This document shows, in pieces, positions 1-18,215 of a stretch of 64,000 nucleotides of DNA. The notes under the pieces were generated by a model, which searched no databases, was not told the origin of the DNA, and worked only from the letters and a program-made list of their open reading frames with translations. A program made the position numbers and the translations under genes. The stretch's first letter is position 1; each line of letters begins with the position of its first letter. The DNA comes from the human T2T-CHM13v2.0 reference genome, Homo sapiens. The stretch is from the NCBI RefSeq assembly GCF_009914755.1, contig NC_060934.1; one strand, 5' to 3'.

Positions 1-173
1 AAAAGGCCTTGCCCCAGAGGTTGCAAACTCAAATGCCTTCAGGGGCTGAATAAGTAATGAATAAATTGGAAATATGCCAATATAGAGTGTGAGAAGTGTG
101 GTGAGCTTGAAAGTACATGCTTAAACTAAAAAACAAATCGGATTCAATTTTTAAGATGCTTTTTTGGAAAAGC

Positions 174-597
174 TATATATATATATGAGAGGAGAGAGAG
201 AGAGGAGATTTATTGCAGGAATTGGCCCATGCGGCTATGGAGGCTAAGTCCCATAATCTGCCATCTGGCCTGAGAATTGAGTGGCTGATGGAGTAAGTGC
301 TGGTCTGAGCCCTAAAGCCTGAGAACCAAGAGCATCGTTATCTGATGTCTGAGGGCAGGAGAAGATGGATGTTTCAGTTTAAGCAGAAAGAGCAAATTTG
401 CCCTTTCCTCCACTTTTTCTTCTACTCAGGCGCTCAACAGGTTGGAGATGCACCCCCACATGGGTGAGGATGGGTCTTCCTTCCTCAGTCTACTGATTCC
501 AGAAACACCCTCACAGACACATCCAGAAATAATGTTTTCCCAGCTATCTGGACATCCCTTAGCCCAGTCAAGTTGACACATAACATAAAACATCACA
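174..597 (-). mobile_element. ERVL LTR (MLT2-like) with a (TA)n(GA)n tract
   Basis: Typical MLT2 segments GGAATTGGCCCATG, CCAGAAACACCCTCACAGACACA and CCCAGTCAAGTTGACACATAA; subfamily by recall. Confidence 0.65.
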
Positions 598-1078
598 GCC
601 CCCCAAAAAATCCAATTTCTCACCCTATGGAAACTGTGAATGTTTCCTTGCATGGGCAAAGGGGTCTTTGCAGGATCTTGAAATGAGGAAATTATTCTGG
701 ATCATCCAGGTAGGCCCTAAATTAATCCCAAGTGTCCTATAAGAGGGAGGCAGAGGATGATTAGACTACAGAAGAGACACATGACAGAAGACGAGGGAGG
801 CAGTCTCAGAGGTAGAAAATGCTATGCCACTGGCTTTGAAGATGGAGGAAGGGGCTGCAAGCCAAGAAATAACAGCAGCCACCAGAGGCTGAAAGAGGCA
901 AGAAACAGATTCTCCCCTGGAGCCTCCAGAAGGAACCAGTCCTACTGTCACCTGGATTTTAACCTCATAAGACTCAATTTGGACTTTGCATTTCCAGAAC
1001 TGTAAGAGGATGAATTTCTGTTGTATAAACCACTAAGTTTGTGGCCATTTGTTACAGCAGCCACAGGAAACCAACACA
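598..1078 (+). mobile_element. MaLR LTR (MLT1C/D-like)
   Basis: GGCTTTGAAGATGGAGGAAGGGGC ... CCAGAACTGTAAGA ... TTTGTTACAGCAGCCACAGGAAAC hallmark segments. Confidence 0.75.
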
Positions 1079-2209
1079 GAGTGCTCATTTTATCCAGAGG
1101 CTCCTTTATAGCACAGTAGGATCTTCAAGGAAATCAGGGGAGCAAGGATGCTTTAGGGATAAACAGCTGTTAAGACTCTTTGGAGAAAACACATTTTGGT
1201 ACCTCTCTTAACCACAGGGAGAATCCAGTTAAACTTTCTTTTGCCCTGGGTTTGGAGGGAAAGGAAGGAGCTGGTGATCCCAATCTATTTGCAGCAATGC
1301 AAGAGTCAATAGCCAAAATGGTCATTTTTTGCAGTTTTTTAAAACAATAGAGTTTGTTATTTCTTTTCCAAATGCATCAGCAGGACCAGTGGAGAAGGTC
1401 TGGAAAGCAATAGCTAAGATTAGCTCCCAAGCTCCCACTGAGACCTTGAGTGGCTGTCAGCTCTGCAGGGAACAGCAGCAAACCCTCACGCAAATGGCCT
1501 ATAAAAAAGGCCTTGTCAGAGGCACCTTGACCTGCCAGGGCTTCTCTGGTACTCTGATTCCCAGCGGCCCTCCCAGGGTTATGCTCCCTTGCATGATGTA
1601 TTTCCCCTGCCTTTTTTAGAGCTGCATTATGCTTGCTCCAGGAAACAGCCTCTTCCTTCTCATAAACACAGCCTTGAGTTTCTGACCAAGCACCCTGCCA
1701 CTCCGTGGCTCCTTGTCCATCCATCACACCTTGCTGTCACCCTGGCCGCGATTGTGAAGAACTGGTCCAACTCCAGAAGTGAAGTCAGGGTGGGGAGAAG
1801 GAAGGGGCAAGCCATGGGAGCAGCCGAGGTCACACACACCCCAATTCCAGCCCACTGATGAATTCCTTGGAAGCTGGCTGGACGGCACAGTGAGCAAGCC
1901 TTTCCGATGACCCAGCAAGTATGTTGGAAAGGTCTTGATAAGGTCACCACCAGAGCTAGGCTTGGCATTTCCACTCCCTCAGCTGCATGTGCAGAGCTCA
2001 GGGATAGGCTAGATCAGAGATGCCAGGGAGAGACTGAATCCTGAAAAGAGTGTGTACCCATGTAAGAGAAGGGAGACATAGTGAAAAACCCTGGTTCCTT
2101 ATAAGCGGTATTATAGATATAGCTAAGGATGAGATTTGAAGGGTCAACATGACCCACCCACAACATATATGCTCCATTGGCTCTGGTAGTGCACCTGGAA
2201 TTCCCATTA

Positions 2210-2430
2210 ATGGTTTAAAAAGAGCTAACATGTATTGAATGCTGAACATGTGCCAGGCACTTTTCTCAGTGTCTCATTCAATCCTCTCCCTCATCCTATC
2301 AGGTAGGTATCATTACTGCCTCATTTTACAGATGAGGAAATTGAGGTATGCTGTATAAGTTATGAACGGTCACAAAGCCAGTAAGTGGTAGAACTGAGAT
2401 TCAAACCCTGCAGCAACCCAGTGTCCACAC
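2210..2430 (-). mobile_element. MIR
   Basis: Core CATTTTACAGATGAGGAAATTGAGG. Confidence 0.7.
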
Positions 2431-3269
2431 TGTTTACCATCATGCTATCCTGCTTCTCAGGAGCAGCCAAAACATTAAAAACAGGACAATTGATGCAGAT
2501 ATTATCTAGGAGTGTGAATATCAAAAAGTTATTTCCTCTGCTGCTCCCAACACTTGCCCCTTCCTTCTCTCCCCCATGGGGAGAGAACTTATCCAATTCT
2601 CCTCTCTGGAGTTGGATAAGTTCTCCATAATCACAGAGAGGAACATGGAGGAAGCCCTCCAGAATACTAGAAATGTTCTATATCAGGGTCTGGATATTGG
2701 TTATACAGTATATATTGTGTAAAAATTCATCAAGCTGTGCACTTAAGATTTGTGTACTTTCCTGTATGTGCATAGTATATCTTAATTAAACATACAAACA
2801 CACAGTCTCCCTCATTCTCCCTTCTCCTCTCCATTCCCTTCACATTATTGCCAGGGCCTTCCTTATGAAATTTTGAATCACGCAGCTATTTAGGTAATTG
2901 GGCGGTAGAGGGCAAAGAGTATTGTAACCTTTGTCAATGTTTTTATTTAGGAAGAAGGAAGTTTGAAGGAACTACAACAGATTTGGTGCAATATGTACCT
3001 GCAAGAGAATGGAAGCTAGGGCTTGGAGCAGCAGAGAGAGAGGAGTGTATGTCCCACTGCCTTGCCATGGTCAGGGGCTGATCACCCCTGTGGAGGTGCA
3101 TAAGGTGATGGAGTGATATATTATTTTATCCATACTGCACCCCTTTCATAATCCTTCAACCTGATTTTCCCCAAAAACACTCAGTGCAAAACATGCTTTC
3201 AGCTCTTAACACATCTAATGGCCTTTTCTCTCAGTTGTCATCCTCCTTGATGTCCTGTAACCATAGGCC

Positions 3270-3523
3270 TTTTTTTTTTTTTTTTTGAGGCGGAGTTTTG
3301 CTCTTGTTGCCCAGGCTAGTGGGCAATGGTGTGATCTTGGCTCACCGCAACCTCTGCCTCCTGGGTTCAAGTGATTCTCCTGCCTCAGCCTCCTGAGTAG
3401 CTGGGATTACAGGCGTGTGCCACCACGCCCGGCTAATTTTTGTATTTTTAGTAGAGACAGGGTTTCACCATATTGGTTAGGCTGGTCTGGAACTCCTGAC
3501 CTTGTGATCCGCCTGCCTCAGCC
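3270..3523 (-). mobile_element. AluS, 5'-truncated
   Basis: polyT followed by reverse-complement Alu consensus. Confidence 0.9.
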
Positions 3524-3704
3524 GGGCCACCTTTGGTCTTTTGACCAAGCCCTGCCTTCTTTGGTGGGACTCTTCATCTGACTTTGGTGGTACTACACTA
3601 TCCTCTCATTCTCTCTCTCCAGTGCTTCTTCTCTGTCTCCTTCATTTGTCACTTCCTTCTTCTGATGACCCTAAACATGACTCTACGTTAAGACTTCATC
3701 CTTA

Positions 3705-4057
<353 letters not shown>

Positions 4058-4964
4058 TCATCTCCTGCCATGGCCTTTACCTACCATCACCTCTATCTCA
4101 ATGAGTCCTAACTCTACAGTTAGGACTCATTATAGATAACATATTATATTATCTATTATCCTATTATTATAGATATTTTTTCTAAACTGTAATCCTGCAT
4201 CTCCAAGTGACAACTCAACACCTCTATCTAGAGGTTTTTCCAAAAGCAGCATGTGAAATGGATGGGAAGCAGCATGCCACTTCCCCATAATCAGCTCCAA
4301 GCCTGAATTCTTCCTTTCATCCCAGCTCAAACCTTGGCATCTTCCCTGATGCTTCTTCCTCTTTTCCAATGTCCAGTAAATCCCTACATCCCATAGCTCT
4401 TTCTTTGCAAGATCTCCCCAACCAGTTCTTTCTCCAAGGCAGATCCTCATCAGCTCATCTCAAACTCCTGGTAGGGTAGGCAGGGAGACTGGAGTCTTTG
4501 AAAAGGTAGTTCCTTACCCAAATACCTTCCTCCAAAGCCCAAAATTCCACATCATCAAATCATCATATTGTGTAAAGTACCACCATCTCTTGCAGTCTTC
4601 TTTTAAGATGCAAAATTCTTAGGAGGAAGGACGTGGTTTTAAAGTAAGAAGACAAGTTTGAATCCCAACTCTGTTCTTTAGTGTGTCGCCTTTCAGCAAG
4701 TCCTGAGCTTCGTGGAACCTTTGTTTTCTGGTATTTAAAACAAGGATATTAATTCTTCCCTAGCTACCTCACAGCTAATGTTGCTTTGAAGAGAAATTTT
4801 AAAAGACCTATGAGCTCTTCAATATGTATTATTTGGTTATGTTCCCAGCAACTTTGTGTAAATGGTTTTGCTGGTTCTCTAAGAGAAAGGACAAGGGTGC
4901 TTGGTATTGAAGGATAAGGAACCTGCCTGGTTCTGCTGGTTTGCCTCAGAGCAGCCCTGTAACT

Positions 4965-5175
4965 CTATCACATAATTACATGTATGTATAATACATATCT
5001 ATAATTATATGTATATGTACATATAAAATACATATATTATATAATATGTATATTATATATGTAATGTCATCTTAGAATGACATCTAAGATTATTTTTAAA
5101 AATAAACAAATTACACCTATTAGATATATGCATAATTATATATTATATAACATAATCACATATATGTATATAATC
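4965..5175. repeat. AT-rich low-complexity (TA)n-like tract
   Basis: Degenerate TATA/CATA repeats. Confidence 0.8.
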
Positions 5176-5892
5176 ACTTGTAATGGTATCAGATTATGAA
5201 GAGAACTGAGGAATAGTGGTCTACTAAAATCTAGAAATATCTGTAAATATATTTAGGTAAAATGTGGTAGTTGGAAAGTATGTTAAAATACTCAGCAAAG
5301 ACAAAGATGAAATGAAATGGAAAAATGTTAATAATTTTTAAATCTAGGTAGTGGATATGTGGATGCTCATTATGATGCTCTATCTACTTTTACATGTTTC
5401 AAAATTTGTATAATAAAAATCTGAATATATTAAAGACAGAAGTAATTAAAAATATTAAAATATTCATCATATGCTATTAACTTTTAAAATAAGCTATGAA
5501 ACAATAAATAGAGTATGTTACCATACTTGTACCAAAAAAAAAAAAAAGGAAGAAAAGGAATATAAATTGTAGCACTGGCAGTAAACACCCACCAAGTTAT
5601 CACTTTGTTATTGCTGGGTGGGATTGTGATTTTTAAAAATCATCTTATTTTGCTTTTCCTATTTTGTAATTTTTATCAGATAATTATTTGCTTTTTGTTT
5701 AAATTGCAGAAAATGCTATCTAAAATTCAATAAATAACACCTATTAGATGAATATTTCAGAGACTGAGGATAACCTGTCTTGGTGAAACTATGAAAAAAA
5801 CAGGCACTTCCATTCCTATTTGATGAGAATGTAAACTATTATAATCTTTTTAGTGAGTAAATTGGCAATAACTATTAAAATTCTAAATGTTT

Positions 5893-6190
<298 letters not shown>

Positions 6191-7779
6191 TTATGTCCTA
6201 TTTTTCAGAAATAAATAAAAGAAGAAAGAAAGAAAATAAAGCCCCAAAAAGAAAAAGTGGAGATGAAATAACCCAGGGGGTCATCGATAATGGACTGGCT
6301 GAATCCATCATGGTTCATCCATACAGTGGACTATTATGCAGAAGTATGTGAGGCAACAGTAAGTGGTATTTGGTGGGGAGGTAGGTGCAGAAACCTTGTA
6401 TAAAATGCTACCATTTGTGCAAAAGGTAAAAAGGAAGAAAAAAGGAATATGTGCTTATTGTATGTGGATAAAATGTTTCTGAAAGATACATTTTAAAAAC
6501 TGATAACATTGGTGGACTCTAGAGAAGGAAACTAGGGGCTGGGTATGTGGGAAAATAGGATACTTACACATTTTGAAATTAGAAAAACATGAATTTAATG
6601 CCCATTCATATAAATATAATTACAATTAAATACAAAATACAAAAATAGGGTTACAGCTCTTTTAGAATTTGTCTAGCAGATTTTCCAGTAAAAAAAAAAA
6701 AAATACAAAATATGCTAAAACAAAAAAGGGAGGGTATGGCATCAGGTAAGTACATTTCCAAATGAGTGCAATTACAAGAGAAAGAACAACCAGAATGACA
6801 TCTAAGATCATCTTAAAAGCCTCTGGTTCCTTTTTTTTTTTTTTTTTTTTTTTTACCATGATTCTACCAATCGAGGCTGCTAGAAGTATTATAACAATAG
6901 GTTTTACTATTTGCCCCATGGCACAGGTTTTAATGATGGGCTTGGAAATCAGGGTTCTAGCCTTGCGTTACCCATGGTAGCGCAATGGGAGATGACGGGT
7001 TTCTCCATCATTCTTCCTTATAATCACGCTTCGACCCTCCCCTCCAGGACCAAGCCTTTTCCAAATACTCAGAACTTTACTGAAAGGGGCAAAACCTGAT
7101 GAGGCAACTTGTATACAGTTTGCTTTGGTGCCTCTGTGAGTACATAATCCATTGGGCAGATCACCTGTTAACGTCTCCTTTCCTTCAAGATCCCAGACTT
7201 CTGGGGTCCCCCTCTCCTCTTGGGAGATGTGTACTTAAGGCTCTGGAGCTAGCTGTCCTTAGGCCAGGCAAACACAAAGCTCAGAGAATGCCATCTGGAG
7301 CAAATATAGGCTGATTGGCTTGGGGGTTTTTCTGCACATGTGTCAGCTTGATTAGCCCCAAGGTGCCTTCCAATTCTAACATTCTGCTGTTCTAGAAATC
7401 CAGGATTTCCTCTATTACCCCAAGTGACTGAAAAGTTAGCTGAACAGCTAGACATACATAATGTCCTTGATTTTTGCAGCTTCTTACATAGGTCTGGCTC
7501 TTTTCTGAAATAAAAATTTTATGTTAGGATCCAGAATTTAACCTCACACCACAGCCCTACCTTTGTTTGTTTGTTTGCTATTTAGTTTTTTTCACCTCCC
7601 AATTATAAGACAAGGTAGAAGTAATAGAATCAAGAAGCTGAATTCCAAGCTAGCAATGGGGAAAGCTGAGAGCCAATCCAATGTGTACCATAGAATCCTC
7701 AAAGTCTCAGAACAAGCTGCATCAGGCATGAAAAATGGAAGATGCCTCCCTGAGAATTTGACCAGACCAAGAGGAAATA

Positions 7780-9420
<1,641 letters not shown>

Positions 9421-10085
9421 GTTCCTACGAAATAAGGCAGTAATCATGAAAAGAATGTGGGACACAGGAAAGCAGTGAGCCAGCATCGGAGAGGGGTAAA
9501 GGCAGTCCCGAAGAGACTGATGGAGAGTCTAAAAGAACAGTTTTGTTCCCATGAAGAGGGGTCTTGCCCATTGTCTCGTCCAAGATGGTGCAGGTAAACT
9601 CTCGGGAAAGCTACAGCAGGACTATGACTCCGAGGCTCTGTTCACCTTATCTCCTCCATAGCTCCATCATCTAATAGTGACAATATTGTTCTTTTCATAG
9701 GCAGCTAGATTTATGTTTGAGACTCAGGTTTTTTCCCGAGAACTTTGGCAATAGGGTGTTTAGAGAGACACAGATTGAAAAATTCTAAGGAAATAGACAA
9801 CACAATAATATCTGGGGGTAAAGGAAGGCACACTATGAAAGAAGGGAACTTCCAAGTCCCAGCAATGGTTTATTTCTCTACCTGGGTGGTAAGTTATGTG
9901 TTTATATTCTCGTTGTTATTAAAACTGAGCATAAGTTTTATATACTCCTTTCTATTTAGTACACACATACGCACAATAACTACATAGAAGAAAAAATCCA
10001 TACTCTTAATACCTAGTCACAGGTATTAACATTTTCAAGTATTTCCTTTCATCTTTTTTCTGTGTACTTGACATAACTGAGATGA

Positions 10086-10404
<319 letters not shown>

Positions 10405-10754
10405 GATATATTCTTTTGTGAGAACTGTTTAACATAAGCATCTTACGTTAAATTATTTGCATACTTATCATTTTAGGAACCATGTAATATTGCATTGAAA
10501 CCCTTCCCTATTTCAAAGAGTATGACTCTGGGGAATGACATGACTGAATCTTTGTGTTGGTAACAGCTTGTATGTGAAAATGCTTGCAGGGAAATTCAGA
10601 ATGTCTTCTCACCACCTCATCACCCTGTCAAAACCACACACCTCCTTGAAGGTCCAGTTCAAACCCCACCTCCTCCATGAATCATTCCCTGACCTCTGCA
10701 GAGAAGCCCTCTCCTCTAACCTTCCAGAATCCAGAGTTCTTGTCTATTCTGGCT

Positions 10755-11052
10755 TTTTTTTTTTTTTCCAAGACAGGGTCTCACTCTGTTGCCCTGGCTG
10801 GAGTGCAGTGGTGTGATCATGGCTCACTGCAACCTCCACCTTCTGGGCTCAGGTGATCCTTCTACTTCAGCCTCCAGAGTAGCTGGGATTACAGGTGTGT
10901 GCTTCCATGCCTGACTAATTTTTGTGTTTTTTTGTAAGGATGGGGTTTCACTATGTTGACCAGGCTAGTCTCAAACTCCTGGGCTCAAGAGATTCACCTA
11001 CCTAGGTCTCCCAGAGTGCTGGGATTACAGGTGTCAGCCACCATGCCAGGCC
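10755..11052 (-). mobile_element. AluJ
   Basis: Diverged Alu with CTGGGCTCAAG segments. Confidence 0.9.
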
Positions 11053-11827
11053 AGCTACTCTGCCTCTTTTTAAAGCTTTTTATGTGCTCATTTCTTTTCT
11101 CTCTGGTACACTATAAGTTCCTGGGAACAGAAATCTGTCTCTAGAGGGGCCGGAATATACTAAGTGCACCATAACTAACAAGTAAATAAATTTGGAAGGC
11201 TGTTTTTTTATTTGCTTTAATATCCTGCATTGCAAATAGTGTATATGATTAGGTCATTTATGAGATTTCACTCAAATTGAAGGTTCTCAAGTGGAAACAT
11301 TCTGCCTGTTCATAATTATCACATTCAGAAACTAGGAGTATGACCACTCCTGTTCTCTCTGATAATGGATTTTATATTTGCTTTGAGGGCTGGATTAAGC
11401 AATGGTTGAGTTCTAAAAATAACATTTATGTTTTTTGAGGGCCTATTACATGCCAGATACCAGCCCAAGAAGTTTTCATGCATCTGTAATTTAGTTCCTA
11501 CAGTAACACTATAAGGTAAACCACTGAGTTTTCTCATTTTACAGCTGAGGAAATGAAGTCATCTGCAGGGAGTCAACTAGGTTGTACATGGAGGAATTAG
11601 AACTCCAACTCAGCTACACATGATTCTCATATTTCTCACTTCTGAGCAAGGCTGCCTCCTCAGATATAAAAGTATAAAATCTAGGATTTGGCTTCCAACT
11701 CTCAGTTCCATATTGAAAATCATTCTCCATCAAATGGCTGACACTTGTGAATATATATTTTATTGATAAATACAAAGAATGTTAGATAATATTTAGAAGA
11801 GAAATAAGAAAGAAATCCACAGTTTCA

Positions 11828-12530
<703 letters not shown>

Positions 12531-12889
12531 CTATTCTACCACCTGGGGCTCATCTGACATCAGATAGAAACATGAAAACATAACAAAGATTAAAGGGCAA
12601 TTAACACAGATCTGATTGCCTGCACCTAGATGGCTTGTGTGTAGCAGGGGCTCCTGGATGAGAAGGGGGCAGAAGTTAATAGAGCTGACTCGTGCCTTGA
12701 GTGTCATGTCTTATGTATTCAGCTGCTGACTAAGCAGCAGAGTGTAATATAGTTTACTAGAAAAAGTTGACCTTTAGCTGCATTCTTAATTCTTAACTTT
12801 TCAGTTATTGAAAGCCCATTTTTCTGGTAAAGACATCAGGGAAATCCTTTTGCCCCATCCTCCTCCTTCTCCCACTCCCTGATAGGCAG

Positions 12890-13665
<776 letters not shown>

Positions 13666-13877
13666 TCCAACAGATGAAAGACAGAAGAAATTGTGTTCTG
13701 TACAGCAAAAGAACCATTAACAAAGTGAACAGACCTCACACAATGGGAGAAAATATTTGCAAACTATCTATCTGACAATGGATTAATAATCAGAAGATAC
13801 AAGGAGCTCAAACAACTCAATGGGAAAAAATTTAATTACCAATTTTTTAAATGAGCAAAAGGTCTGAAGAGACATTT

Positions 13878-14247
<370 letters not shown>

Positions 14248-14531
14248 TAATTTCACCCCAGTTAAAATGGCTTATATCCTGAAAACAGGCAATAACAAAT
14301 GCTGGCAAGGATGAGGAGAAAAAGGAACCCTTGTACACTATTGGCAGGAATGTAAATTAATACAACCACTATGGAGAACAGTATGGACGTTCCTCGAAAA
14401 ACAAAAACAGAACTAGTATATGATCCAGCAACCCCACTGCTAGGTATTAATGTATACCCAAAAGAAAGGAAATCAGTATATCAAAGAGATATCTGCACTC
14501 CTATGTTTATTGCAGCACTATTCACAATAGC

Positions 14532-14890
14532 TGTATTAGCAGTTCTCACTCTGCTAATAAAGACATACCCAGACTGGATAATTTATAAAGGAAAGAGATT
14601 TAATTGACTCACAGTTTCACATGGGTGGGAAGGCCTCACAATCATGGTGGAAGGCAAAGGAGGAGCAAAGTCACATCTTGCATGGTGGCAGGCAAGAAGA
14701 GCTTGTGCAGGGGCCCTTCTATTTATAAAACCATCAGATCTTCTGAGACTTATTCATTCACTACCACAAGAACAGTATGGGGGAAACTGCACACATGATT
14801 CAATTGTCTCCACCCGGTCCTGCCCTTGACACGTGGGGATTATTACAATTCAAGGTGAGATTTGGGTGGGGACACAACCAAACCATATCA
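14532..14890 (-). mobile_element. THE1-type MaLR solo LTR with 5-bp TSD ATAGC
   Basis: TG...CA termini (TGTATTAG ... AAACCATATCA); ATAGC at 14527-31 and 14891-95. Confidence 0.9.
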
Positions 14891-15812
14891 ATAGCCAAGA
14901 TTTGGAATCAATGTAAATGTTCATCAACAACCAGTAGATAAAGAAAGTGTGATACATATACACAATGGAGTACTATTCAGCCATAAAAAATAATGAGATC
15001 CTGTCATTTACAACAACGTGGGTGGAACTGGAGGTCCTTACGGTAAGCGAAACAAACCAGGCACAGGAATACAAACTTTTCATGTTTTCACTCATTTGTG
15101 GGAGCTAAAAATTAAAACAATTGAACTCATGGAGACAGACAGTAGAATGATGGTTACCAGAGGCTGGGAAGAGTGGTGGGTGGGTGTGAGGAGTGGGGGT
15201 GGTTAATGGGTACAAAAATATAGTTAGAATGAATAAGATCTAGTATTTGACAGCACAACAGGGTGACTACAATCAACAGTAATTTATTGTACATTGTAAA
15301 AATCACTAAGAGTGGTAATTGGAATGTTTATAACACAAAAAAGAATAAATGCTTGAGGTGATGGATACCCCATTTACCCTGATGTGAGATGTGATTATTA
15401 CACATTGTAGGTGTGTATCAGAATATCTCATGTACCCCATAAATATACACACCTGCTATGTACCCATACAAATTTTGTAAACAAATTTTTAATTGCGATT
15501 TATAGATACATAGAATATTATTCAGCCATAAAAAAGAAGGAAATCCTGCCATTTGCAACAACATGGATGAACTCTGAGGGCATTATGCTAAGTGAAATAA
15601 GTCAGACAGAGAAAGACAAATACTGTATGATCTCACTTATATGTGGAATCTAAAAGAGCTGAACTCATAGAAAAAGAGAGAAGAATGGTGGTGGCCAGGA
15701 GCTGGGGACTGGGGGAAATGAGGAGACGCTGGTCAAAGGGTATGAACTTTAGTTACAAGATAAATAAGTTCTGGGGATTTAATGTACATCATGATGAATA
15801 TAGTTAATAATA

Positions 15813-16160
15813 CAGATGTTCCTCAACTTACAATACAGTTACACCCTGATAAACTCATCACAAATTGAAAATATCATGTCAGAAATGAATTTAATATACC
15901 TAACCTACCAAACATCATAGCTTTAGCTTAGCCTACCTTAAACGTGCTCAGAACACTTCTGCCTAGGTTGGGCAAAATCATTGAACACAAAGCCTATCTT
16001 ATAATAAGGTATTGACTATCTCGTGTAATTTATTGAATACTGTGCTGAAAGCAAAAAAAAAAAAAGAATGGCTGGATGAATATTAATGTACACATTAAGT
16101 CGAAAAGTCATAAAGTTGAAAAAGTGTGAGTTGAACCATCGTAAGTCAGGTACTGTGTGT
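15813..16160. mobile_element. MER47A-like Tigger-family MITE inside L1
   Basis: Terminal inverted repeats CAGATGTTCCTCAACTTAC / GTAAGTCAGGTACTGTGTG with TA flanks; internal TAACCTACC..AACATCATAGCT. Confidence 0.75.
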
Positions 16161-16307
16161 ACTGTATTGTACACTTGAAATTTGCAAAGAGAGTAGATCC
16201 AAAACTTTATCCCCATATACACAAAAAAAAAATGGGAGAGGGGGCAGGAATTTTCCTTTTAAGTCATGGTGGAAATTTGTTACAGTAGCAATAGAAAACT
16301 AATTTCT

Positions 16308-16335
16308 CTGTGTGTGTGTGTGTGTGTGTGTGTGT
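16308..16335 (+). repeat. (TG)n microsatellite
   Basis: Directly visible. Confidence 0.95.
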
Positions 16336-17934
16336 ATTATGTCTTTACTGACTAGTGTATGTGACTACTGTATGCTTAATTCTCCAGTACTTCATAGATC
16401 CTTAATATCCTCAAATGGAGACCATCTCAGTGACTGCAACAAGTTTCCCAGGCTTCAACTTCCAGATCTTCAAATCTACTCATCTCAAAAAGAAAACAAG
16501 AAAAGAAGCAGAAACTCTAGAAGTCACTCTCTTTACTGTCTAAAGGGACTAGTGACAGAAACCTTGTCTGTCTGCTGAATCCCCAACGCCTAGAAGAGTG
16601 CCTAGTACGTAGTGGTAACTCAATGAACATTTGTTGATTGACTGCTTGATTGAGGAATAGTAATATAGAAATTTGTATCTTTTACCAAAGCCATGTACTG
16701 GAGCCCTTTGCTGCTGCAGACTCTGAGTCTCATCACGACCTCATCTTCCTCCAGGGAGAGAGATGAATGCAAATGACCCACTAGGGTAGAGCTGGGGTTG
16801 AAATAAACCCAGGAGTAGCTCTGCTTGGCCAATGAATACTTTGTGTAAGCGTAGCTTATGCTGTGCATGGAGATATATATACAAAGCTTCCTTAGTTATT
16901 TATTCCACCAAAATTAAGAGTCTACTATGTGTAGCAGTCTCTGCCACATTCTAAGAACACAAAGATATATAGGACACAGCCACTGCCATCCTAGCATTAA
17001 CAACCTAGGAATGGTTGTAGGCATCCTTACAATGTGGTGGACACTCTTTTACATACAACAATCTCATTTAAATATTAGAACAGTAACCAGATAAGTGGGT
17101 ATTAGTCCCACTTTATGGATGAGGAAACTGAAGTTCAGAAAGTTAAATAACTTAGACAAGTTACTTAGCAAGTAAATGGTTCATGCCAGGTTTAGAATTC
17201 AGGTTTATCTGGCTCCAAAAGCACACAGTAGCTATTGACATTGCATAGTAACCTACAGTTTGCAAACCACTTTTATTACACATTATCTTACTCCTTCCAA
17301 CAAAGGTTATGAAATAGGTATTACTATACCCATTTTACCAAACAGAAAACTCAAATTTTCTACCCAAGTCACAAAGTTCTTCAGTGACAAAAACAGAATT
17401 GGAACCCAGATCTTTTGTCTCTAGCCCCTATTCCCTTTCCACTCTGCCATGGTTTCATTAATCTCTGAATTCTTCACACAGACCCACCTGCTATCATGAG
17501 TGTGATCTAAGACCCTGATGAAAGCACATGGAAGAATATAAACAAGGCAAACAGGACTGCTAGAGTTGAAGCTCATGCCAGGTGAACATTTATTAGTTAG
17601 AGCTGGGTTTACTCTGTGCTTTCAATTATAATCCCTTGCTTGATCTGGGGCTAGCAATTTCATAGCTATATTCAAGTGTCCTATTGGGTGTATCTTACCC
17701 ATTTCTTAACATTTGGAACAAGCCCCACTTTGTTCAACACTTAAACATTATAACAGTGTTCATCAAAGCTCATGGTCTAACTAGTTACCTGTTACAACAG
17801 AGAAGACAGGTCCCCAATTAATCAATATACTAAAAGCTCTTCTCCTCCCTTCCAGTAAGACTTTGGCCTTGGCAACTGCACAAATATCAAATTAGGCTTG
17901 GATCAAAAGAATGAATGGTTATCAAGGTTACTTA

Positions 17935-18215
<281 letters not shown>

